64,000 nucleotides of DNA from a virus, in the IMG/VR virus record IMGVR_UViG_3300029258_003681; one strand, written 5' to 3'. Both the position numbers and the translations under genes were made by a program. The notes under the pieces were generated by a model that was given only the letters and a program-made list of their open reading frames with translations, was not told the origin of the DNA and did no database searches. Below, piece by piece: positions 19,017-25,380 of the stretch (within the stretch, counting starts at the first letter, position 1; every line of letters begins with the position of its first letter).

Positions 19017-19802
19017 ATGCTGAGGCGCCTTACTGACGAACTGGGGTTCGTTCTTTTAGAGTCAGCGGGGCGTTTCAATCTTGACATGCGCGCGTACGAG
19101 GATGCGCTTCGTGATGAGATTGATGATTTGTACGCTTGGTCTGAGCGGCGCCATGGCGAAGGGAATGTCGACTTCGACCCCGACAAGGAATTCAAGGTAA
19201 GATTTACAGATTCCCTCAAGAATATGCACAAGCTTGGCAGGGGGTTGGCGCGGACCGTGGACAAGATTGGACGCGATGTGAATCTGACGGTTCGTCCGCA
19301 GTACAGCACCGACAACATATATGCGCCAGTGACTCACGCGTATGTGATGGTCCATAAAGGGAGTAAGCCTGCAAAAAATGCCCCTGGTTTTACTTACTTT
19401 GGGCCGCGCGAGGTTGACGACGTGTTGGACGCGGGGGATTCTGACTTTTTTGATGATCAGGATGTCGAGATTGCCTATTTCCAACTGGTGAACGAGATTC
19501 GTCAGCCTGGCAGCACGCTCAAGGCTGGGAAGCCTACTACGGTCTACACGGCTCGGCCCGCGAAGGATCGCAGGATTTATCAGGGGGTGAAGGCTGTCCC
19601 GTCGGGTATTTTTGTGACGAATAGTCCAGACCGTGCCGAGGGGTTTGGGCGTGAATTTGGGGGGACCGAGGGTAGGGATTTGTGGAAAATTGTGGTAGAT
19701 AGTAAGAATCTCGTGCAGACGCTCAAGTCGGGGCGAACGCGCGATTATCAGATCGTGGGCAAGGGCAAAGTCCCGATCAAGAGTATCGAGCGGTTGGCTT
19801 GA
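19017..19802 (+). CDS. Leader-type protein with C-terminal ADP-ribosyltransferase-like fold (putative)
   Basis: VYTAR / GIFVTNSPDRAEGFG / RDYQI motif spacing. Confidence 0.5.
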   Translation: MLRRLTDELGFVLLESAGRFNLDMRAYEDALRDEIDDLYAWSERRHGEGNVDFDPDKEFKVRFTDSLKNMHKLGRGLARTVDKIGRDVNLTVRPQYSTDNIYAPVTHAYVMVHKGSKPAKNAPGFTYFGPREVDDVLDAGDSDFFDDQDVEIAYFQLVNEIRQPGSTLKAGKPTTVYTARPAKDRRIYQGVKAVPSGIFVTNSPDRAEGFGREFGGTEGRDLWKIVVDSKNLVQTLKSGRTRDYQIVGKGKVPIKSIERLA

Positions 19803-19817
19803 TGAAAGGGTAGGACG

Positions 19818-20399
19818 ATGAGCAGAATCAATGATCTGATGGAAAGCATCGAGACGGTGATGGACGAGGAAAAGTGGAGCGCCAAGGTGAAAACCAAGTG
19901 GAGTCCGCCCGAGGGATTTTTCAAGCAGGATGCGGGCAAGATTGCATCAGGTTTGATGAAGGAGTCCAAGGATCAGGCCCAGGCCATGGAGCGTCTCAAC
20001 TTCTACATCAATCGCGCGGGAAAGAATCTTAGTGCGGAGGATAAGGCCCGCTTGGAAGATGCGAAAAAGAAGCTGGCTGCGATGGGGAAGGATGAGAGCA
20101 AGGAATCCGAGAGCGACGGCTCTGTGGAAGAAAAGGGCGACGCGGAGGCTTTGGCCGAGGCGATCGGCGAGTCGCTGATCAATCGCATGGTCAAAGCGAT
20201 GTGGGAGGCGCCCCAATTTCAAAAGTTGCTCAAGGCCAACGAGAAGTATATTGCCAAGCGTGCAGGTTTGGAGGATTCCATACGGATGGGCGTGAAGAAT
20301 GCGCTGATCTTGGCGCTGGTTCAGGCTGATGCGTCGCTGAGTGGGGCGCTCAGTGGTCAGGCGAAGAAGGAGACGCGACAGGCTGTCGCCAGCGTGTAG
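19818..20399 (+). CDS. Hypothetical protein with acidic propeptide-like segments
   Basis: MSRINDLMESIE..MDEE; RBS. Confidence 0.65.
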   Translation: MSRINDLMESIETVMDEEKWSAKVKTKWSPPEGFFKQDAGKIASGLMKESKDQAQAMERLNFYINRAGKNLSAEDKARLEDAKKKLAAMGKDESKESESDGSVEEKGDAEALAEAIGESLINRMVKAMWEAPQFQKLLKANEKYIAKRAGLEDSIRMGVKNALILALVQADASLSGALSGQAKKETRQAVASV

Positions 20400-20407
20400 G
20401 AGGCAAT

Positions 20408-20767
20408 ATGGGTGCTATCAAATGGGAGCCCAGGCCATTTCCTGCGAAGGTTCTACGAGTTGTCGATGGGGATACTCTTGATCTGATGATCGACTGCGGA
20501 TTTGGTGTTCATACTCGACAGCGTGTCCGTCTTGCCCGAATTGATACTCCTGAAGTTCGCGGTGAGGAGCGTCCCGAGGGTATCAAGGCGAAGGCATTTG
20601 TGGAGGATTTCCTTCATGGCATTTCACAGGTGCTTGTGACTACTCAAAAGGACAAGGGGAAATTCGGCCGATATATCGGTGAGATCGTGGTCATCCGTGA
20701 AGGCGAAATGATCAACTTGAGCGATCGGCTCCTGAAAGAGGGTCTCGCAGAGGAGTACAAGGGATGA
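20408..20767 (+). CDS. Thermonuclease (SNase-like) family nuclease
   Basis: VVDGDTL, RVRLARIDTPE, KGKFGRYIG. Confidence 0.9.
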   Translation: MGAIKWEPRPFPAKVLRVVDGDTLDLMIDCGFGVHTRQRVRLARIDTPEVRGEERPEGIKAKAFVEDFLHGISQVLVTTQKDKGKFGRYIGEIVVIREGEMINLSDRLLKEGLAEEYKG

Positions 20768-21003
20768 AAAAGCTGATCGAGCAGAGGTTGGATCTTCGGA
20801 ATATTCGGAAGAAGATGGCCGACGACAACAAGATTCTCCAGAAGCACAAAAAAGGGATCATCAAGTGGTTCACTTCTGACGGCAGGAGGGATGAGGACGA
20901 GGCCGAGTCGTTCTTCAAGGCCATAGTGAAGGCCAGCAGTGATCTGTTTCGTCAGCGTCGGCGTGCTGTTTTGCAGAATATCGAGGATGGGACGATTCGA
21001 TAG
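20764..21003 (+). CDS. Leader-family protein (MKKLIEQ)
   Basis: Shared leader. Confidence 0.65.
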   Translation: MKKLIEQRLDLRNIRKKMADDNKILQKHKKGIIKWFTSDGRRDEDEAESFFKAIVKASSDLFRQRRRAVLQNIEDGTIR

Positions 21004-21015
21004 AAGGAGGGTAAG

Positions 21016-21240
21016 ATGCGAGAATTGATCGAGAGGAAATCTGCTGCAAAGAAGTCGGTTGATGGACAGGACATGAGGGAATCATACTATAGCGCTTCGG
21101 ACGGAATATATGGGATTGAGGGAGCGCTAAAAAGCAATGTTTTTGACGGCGATTCCAAGTTGCATGGTGCGTTCAAGAAGCTCATGAAAAGCTTTGATGA
21201 ATTCGGGAAGCAGCTCAATGCACGCTATGATTGGGATTAG
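21016..21240 (+). CDS. Leader-family protein (MRELIER)
   Basis: RBS AAGGAGG; shared leader. Confidence 0.7.
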   Translation: MRELIERKSAAKKSVDGQDMRESYYSASDGIYGIEGALKSNVFDGDSKLHGAFKKLMKSFDEFGKQLNARYDWD

Positions 21241-21243
21241 TCG

Positions 21244-21606
21244 ATGAAAATTCTTACTGCAAAACTGGGCGAATTTCTGGAGGCGATCGAACACAAGTTC
21301 GTCGACGCCAATGCGAAGCCGAATCTGAAGGCGATTGCCAAGGAACTGAAAAAAGTCCTGTCCAAGGACTACAACGTCCAGGCGTGGAAGGACGATGAGG
21401 TTGTCAACGCGCAGAAGGGGTTCCGTGCGGCCGAGATACGAGTCAGTGGCGCTGGGATCGATGTGCGGTACTGGAAGGATGTCAACAAGCGTGGCGGCGC
21501 TCCAGATGCCCAGGAGCGGTTCAACACGCGATCGAGCGGGGTTGTGCATGTAGGGGATAGTGATGTTCTTGATGCTATCGCGTGGATCAAGAAGAAACTT
21601 CGGTAG
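21244..21606 (+). CDS. Hypothetical protein (divergent leader ...LGEFLEA)
   Basis: Tight gene packing. Confidence 0.6.
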   Translation: MKILTAKLGEFLEAIEHKFVDANAKPNLKAIAKELKKVLSKDYNVQAWKDDEVVNAQKGFRAAEIRVSGAGIDVRYWKDVNKRGGAPDAQERFNTRSSGVVHVGDSDVLDAIAWIKKKLR

Positions 21607-21915
21607 ATGCGGCCTCGTTACAAAGTCCTGGATGATCTCCACAACGTACAGTCTCGGGATCAGACACCGCTGAAGAGGGCGACAGTTTCTTGTCGCAGAA
21701 CGAGGCAGAATGTTCGAGCGAAGATCGCGGCGAGGCCGAAGCCATACGGGGCGAAGAGACTCCCGCCGATTGAACCTCCGAAACCGCCCGAGTCCAGGCG
21801 TATGACCGACACGTCCACGACCTGCGGCGCCAGCTGGGCGGGTGGGTACGGCATTCGTTACGGCACGACGACGTCGGCTTGCAATTGCACTGCGACCACC
21901 TGTCGCTGCTACTAG
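21607..21915 (+). CDS. Basic protein with Cys/Thr-rich C-terminus
   Basis: TTCGASWAGGYGIRYGTTTSACNCTATTCRCY. Confidence 0.5.
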   Translation: MRPRYKVLDDLHNVQSRDQTPLKRATVSCRRTRQNVRAKIAARPKPYGAKRLPPIEPPKPPESRRMTDTSTTCGASWAGGYGIRYGTTTSACNCTATTCRCY

Positions 21916-21918
21916 ATC

Positions 21919-21934
21919 ACGAACTCCAGTTCGC
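21919..21934. repeat. Dispersed palindrome ACGAACTCCAGTTCGC
   Basis: Lies between a stop codon and the tRNA-cluster promoter. Confidence 0.85.
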
Positions 21935-21943
21935 AGAAACCAT

Positions 21944-21972
21944 TTGACAATCTGAGGATGAGCGACCATATT
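21944..21972 (+). promoter_or_regulatory. Sigma70-like promoter for tRNA cluster 1
   Basis: TTGACA-17 nt-CATATT, 14 nt before tRNA-Asp. Confidence 0.65.
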
Positions 21973-21986
21973 GGATGGAGACATTC

Positions 21987-22062
21987 GGGGTGTTCGCGTA
22001 GTCTGGACTATCGCACCTGACTGTCGATCAGGGTTTCACGGGTTCAAATCCCGTACACCTCG
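21987..22062 (+). tRNA. trnD: tRNA-Asp(GTC)
   Basis: Cloverleaf; anticodon arm CCTGA-CTGTCGA-TCAGG. Confidence 0.9.
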
Positions 22063-22359
22063 CTGAGGAGAGACGAACATGGCAGCGGCAAGAACAATAG
22101 CCACGACAAAGCGCCAACCCGCTGGCGGTAGGCAGGCCGAGCCTCGCCCAGTCGTGGAAGCGGGAAGGCCATAAGACCATGGGACGTCTGAAACAGATTG
22201 CAAAGAAAAAACGGGCGTCCCAGGGGCAAAAGCCACTGTGTTCGACTGCGATCTTTGACAATCTAAATTCCCCATTTCGAGATTCGGGGACGGCTCCTCA
22301 GCGGACTCCTTCCTTTCAGTAATCAGCAGTAGAAAACCAGAGAAGTCGTCTCCGTCATT

Positions 22360-22431
22360 GGCCCGGTAGGCAAATGGTAAGCCGCCAGACTTTCAATCTG
22401 GAGAGTCCGAGTTCGAGCCTCGGTCGGGTCA
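22360..22431 (+). tRNA. trnE: tRNA-Glu(TTC)
   Basis: CCAGA-CTTTCAA-TCTGG. Confidence 0.9.
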
Positions 22432-22434
22432 CAC

Positions 22435-22506
22435 GCCCCTGAAGCATAAAAAGCGATGTGTCGGCCTTCCAAGCCGAAGAACTCGGGGCAGTACCGAGTA
22501 GGGGCT
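22435..22506 (+). tRNA. trnG: tRNA-Gly(TCC), atypical T-loop GGCAGTA
   Basis: TCGGC-CTTCCAA-GCCGA. Confidence 0.8.
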
Positions 22507-22511
22507 CTCAG

Positions 22512-22584
<73 letters not shown>

Positions 22585-22587
22585 CAT

Positions 22588-22668
22588 GGACCGATACCCT
22601 AGTGGTCAAAGGGAGAAGACTTTTAATCTTCTGCGAAAGCTTCCTGGGTTCGAATCCCAGTCGGTCCT
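22588..22668 (+). tRNA. trnK: tRNA with TTT (Lys) anticodon and an extended variable arm
   Basis: GAAGA-CTTTTAA-TCTTC; 12-nt variable region TGCGAAAGCTTC. Confidence 0.75.
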
Positions 22669-22672
22669 TTCA

Positions 22673-22743
22673 GCCTTCATAGCATAGTGGTAGTGCATCG
22701 GGTTGCCAATCCGAGAACGTCGGTTCGAATCCGTCTGAAGGCT
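22673..22743 (+). tRNA. trnG: tRNA-Gly(GCC)
   Basis: TCGGG-TTGCCAA-TCCGA. Confidence 0.9.
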
Positions 22744-22745
22744 CA

Positions 22746-22819
22746 AGAGGCGTAGGCAAGCTGGATAAGCCACGAGGTTTTGATCCTCGGGATAGCGGGT
22801 TCAAATCCCGTCGCCTCTT
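22746..22819 (+). tRNA. trnQ: tRNA-Gln(TTG)
   Basis: CGAGG-TTTTGAT-CCTCG. Confidence 0.85.
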
Positions 22820-22825
22820 CATTTT

Positions 22826-22898
22826 GGGGTTGTAGCTCAATTGGGAGAGCACCTGCCTTGCAAGCAGGAGGTCGTCGGTTCGATCCCGACCAGCTCCA
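22826..22898 (+). tRNA. trnA: tRNA-Ala(TGC)
   Basis: CCTGC-CTTGCAA-GCAGG; G3:U70 pair. Confidence 0.95.
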
Positions 22899-22903
22899 CG
22901 AGA

Positions 22904-22975
22904 TGATCCGTAGCTCAGAGGAAGAGCGCACCGCTCCGAACGGTGAGGTCACAGGTTCGAGCCCTGTCGGGTCAG
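22904..22975 (+). tRNA. trnR: tRNA-Arg(CCG)
   Basis: CACCG-CTCCGAA-CGGTG. Confidence 0.9.
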
Positions 22976-22979
22976 TCAT

Positions 22980-23051
22980 GCCTGGTTGGCTTAATGGATG
23001 AGCGCACGGCTACGGACCGTGTTTATGTGGGTTCGATTCCTACACCAGGTG
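22980..23051 (+). tRNA. trnR: tRNA-Arg(ACG)
   Basis: CACGG-CTACGGA-CCGTG. Confidence 0.85.
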
Positions 23052-23052
23052 C

Positions 23053-23124
23053 TGGGATGTAGCTCAACGGCAGAGTGCCTCCTCGACGCGGAGGAAGTTG
23101 CAGGTTCGATCCCTGTCGTCCCAA
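23053..23124 (+). tRNA. trnV: tRNA-Val(GAC)
   Basis: CCTCC-TCGACGC-GGAGG. Confidence 0.85.
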
Positions 23125-23125
23125 C

Positions 23126-23196
23126 TGGCTGGTAGTTCAACGGTAGAACGGGCTCCTTATAAGAGCTTGACGGAGGTTCAATTCCTCCCCGGCCAA
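23126..23196 (+). tRNA. trnI: tRNA-Ile(TAT)
   Basis: GGCTC-CTTATAA-GAGCT. Confidence 0.85.
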
Positions 23197-23197
23197 C

Positions 23198-23269
23198 AGG
23201 GGCATAATTCAACGGAAGAAATCTGGCCCTACAAGCCAGAAGTTGGGGGTTCAAATCCCTCTGCCCCTA
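23198..23269 (+). tRNA. trnV: tRNA-Val(TAC)
   Basis: CTGGC-CCTACAA-GCCAG. Confidence 0.85.
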
Positions 23270-23281
23270 TCTGAACGATAT

Positions 23282-23356
23282 CCGAGAGTAGTCCAGTGGT
23301 AGGACGCCTGATTTGGGATCAGGAGGTCGCAGGTTCGATCCCTGCCTCTCGGACCA
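23282..23356 (+). tRNA. trnP: tRNA-Pro(TGG), CCA encoded
   Basis: CCTGA-TTTGGGA-TCAGG. Confidence 0.9.
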
Positions 23357-23357
23357 G

Positions 23358-23441
23358 CGGGGCGTAGCCGCGCCTGGTTTCTACCCAGGTAAGCGTAGCT
23401 AGGAGCTGGAAACGGGGGTTCGATTCCCTCCGCCTCGGCCA
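23358..23441 (+). ncRNA. D-armless tRNA-like RNA with CCA end
   Basis: Acceptor CGGGGCG/CGCCTCG + G + CCA; T-arm GGGGG-TTCGATT-CCCTC; stem CCTGG-TTTCTAC-CCAGG only 8 nt after the acceptor; long variable region. Confidence 0.65.
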
Positions 23442-23442
23442 T

Positions 23443-23514
23443 TGGCCTGTAGTTTAGTGGAAGAGCGCTGGTTTCCTACACCAGATGTCCTCGGTTCGAG
23501 TCCGAGCAGGCCAG
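23443..23514 (+). tRNA. trnR: tRNA-Arg(CCT)
   Basis: CTGGT-TTCCTAC-ACCAG. Confidence 0.85.
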
Positions 23515-23614
23515 CAGGAGCGCCTGTGTGCCTCGTTGTTCCTGATGGGGTCACGCATACGCGCGCGAGGGTGCGCGGGCATGTGGAGGCCGTCTCGCTG
23601 TTGCTGGTTGCGCC

Positions 23615-24088
23615 TCAGCTCCAGTAGCTTAACGCTCCGAATTTGATCTCTATGGATTCAGTTCTTTCGCGAAGGACTTCGATGACTTCTGCATAGACTT
23701 CCTTGAAATTCTTGATGTACAGGTCGATCAGTTCGGGGGTGATTTCTGTGGGCTTGTAGTCATCGAAATCGATATCTGTTGGGAGGTTGTTACTTACGAG
23801 GTTTCCAATCATAAGCATATGCGTGTCTGAAAAGTCGTCCATTGTGAATGGCTCTACGAGATCTTCCTCTCGTTCGTGACCCTCTAAAAGCTCATACAGG
23901 TAGGGGATTTTCTTGCTAGTTTTGCGAGATGTCTGGGTGCCACAGGTTGGGCAGTACTTTGCATCATGGCGTACTATATGCTTCTTGTTTTTGGGGCAGA
24001 ATCGGCTGCCTTTTCGCTCTACGAATGTTTCAGGTTTTACTTTTGCCAGAAGGTAGACTCCGACAAAAAATTCATTTGATATGCCCAT
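23615..24088 (-). CDS. Hypothetical protein with CP...H...CPTC zinc-ribbon-like motif
   Basis: RBS GGAGA before ATG 24088. Confidence 0.7.
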   Translation of the reverse strand: MGISNEFFVGVYLLAKVKPETFVERKGSRFCPKNKKHIVRHDAKYCPTCGTQTSRKTSKKIPYLYELLEGHEREEDLVEPFTMDDFSDTHMLMIGNLVSNNLPTDIDFDDYKPTEITPELIDLYIKNFKEVYAEVIEVLRERTESIEIKFGALSYWS

Positions 24089-24099
24089 TTGATTTCTCC

Positions 24100-24276
24100 T
24101 TATTCGCTGTCGTTGAAATCCATCCATTTGTTGAGTTTTTGGAGGGTTTGATCGCTGATTTGTCCATCGCGATAGGGGCCGATATCAGTCCAGATTTCAG
24201 TTAGTAATATTTCGGCATTGACCGCGTCGTTGATGCCATCGGCGATTTCTTTGAGCTTTTCGATTTTGTTTATCAT
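24100..24276 (-). CDS. Small acidic hypothetical protein (58 aa, MINKIEKLKEIADG...)
   Basis: Translated by hand; start overlaps the stop of 24273..24734. Confidence 0.6.
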   Translation of the reverse strand: MINKIEKLKEIADGINDAVNAEILLTEIWTDIGPYRDGQISDQTLQKLNKWMDFNDSE

Positions 24277-24734
24277 TTGATTTCCTCTTTTATTTGGAGA
24301 GTGGGGCGCTCACCCTCCTCGTTGTAGGTCTTGTAGTCGGGGTGCGGGGTCCGCTCGTCGACTTTTCCGTCCTTGAGCCACTCGAAGATCGCCTTGGCGG
24401 CCTTGGCGGCTTCGTGGCGGTCGAAGCTCATCGTATTTTCGCAGGAGAGATCGGTCAGCCCGTCGGTGTGGCCTTCTTCGTCGCGGTAGCATATGATTCC
24501 GTCCCAAATTCGGTGCTCGGAGAAGAAGACCGTGCGGCCGAGCGGTTTCATCTTGACCAGCTCGATGATTTTGCCCTCGAAGCTAGTCCACTCGCGCAGA
24601 TTGACGACGTAGCCGTTCTCTCTGCCGTTATGGTAGGTTCGTGAGCATCCGTCGGCCTCAGCATCCTCGAAGAGCAGCTCCAGGCAGGCCAGGACGGTGT
24701 CGGCGAGTTTGTGTGCTTTTTCCAATGTCATCAT
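24273..24734 (-). CDS. Hypothetical protein
   Basis: RBS GGAGG; protein-like composition. Confidence 0.65.
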   Translation of the reverse strand: MMTLEKAHKLADTVLACLELLFEDAEADGCSRTYHNGRENGYVVNLREWTSFEGKIIELVKMKPLGRTVFFSEHRIWDGIICYRDEEGHTDGLTDLSCENTMSFDRHEAAKAAKAIFEWLKDGKVDERTPHPDYKTYNEEGERPTLQIKEEIK

Positions 24735-24740
24735 ATCCTC

Positions 24741-25280
24741 CTAAAGGGTGCTGTGGAACGTTTCTTCTGCGAGCCTGTGCTGGGCCTGCTTTCTGGCATC
24801 GTTCTCGGCCTTGCGGGCGACTTCCTCTTTGACTTGCTCGACGATGGGTTCGTAGTCTATCTGGCCGATATTGTAGTAGCTGAAAAGGTCGCTGAGATGG
24901 TCCTCCCAGTCCTCGGGGAGGGTCTCGATGGCCTCGCGGACGATAGCGAAGAGGTGGTCCTCCAACTCGATCTCGGCGTCGGCCTTGAGGCGCTGCATGC
25001 GATCGATCTCGATCTGAGTGTCGATGACCCGTCGGAGGTTGATGCTGGCCAGGCGGCTCCACCCTTGCATCTTGGGGGTGATCTGGTCGGCTTTGATCGT
25101 GTCGATCATGAGGTCGGGATGGGCGGCGCGGAAAAACGTGCAGGCGTCATTCTCGTCCTCGGCCTCGATTGTCATCGTCTCGCTGAGGCTTGTTTCCTCG
25201 TCCTCGTAGGTCCCCGTGATCGTCCATGTGATTTGCTTGGCTATCATCGCGTTCTCCTTCTTGGGCATCTTGCCCAGCAT
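24741..25280 (-). CDS. Hypothetical acidic/helical protein
   Basis: Downstream of promoter at 25293-25321; likely start near 25247 after AAGGAG. Confidence 0.65.
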   Translation of the reverse strand: MLGKMPKKENAMIAKQITWTITGTYEDEETSLSETMTIEAEDENDACTFFRAAHPDLMIDTIKADQITPKMQGWSRLASINLRRVIDTQIEIDRMQRLKADAEIELEDHLFAIVREAIETLPEDWEDHLSDLFSYYNIGQIDYEPIVEQVKEEVARKAENDARKQAQHRLAEETFHSTL

Positions 25281-25292
25281 CTTGCATCTCTA

Positions 25293-25321
25293 TTAATAAG
25301 GACTGTGGAGGCGTTTGTCAA
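25293..25321 (-). promoter_or_regulatory. Sigma70-like promoter
   Basis: Minus strand TTGACA-17 nt-TATTAA. Confidence 0.65.
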
Positions 25322-25380
25322 CGGTATACGGCGAGAAAAGAACAATTGCGAAAACCACAAGGATAACGGGCTCTTAAGGG

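Noticed and set aside
22080-22321. Structured ncRNA or tmRNA between tRNA-Asp and tRNA-Glu
   Set aside because: No tRNA-like ends or tag reading frame were recognised; only two short ORFs without support.
23358-23441. Amber (CUA) suppressor or Pyl tRNA implying stop-codon recoding
   Set aside because: The 7-nt loop TTTCTAC centres on TCT, not CTA. Many well-supported genes (tape measure, tube 1, wedge, fibre) end cleanly at TAG under the standard code.
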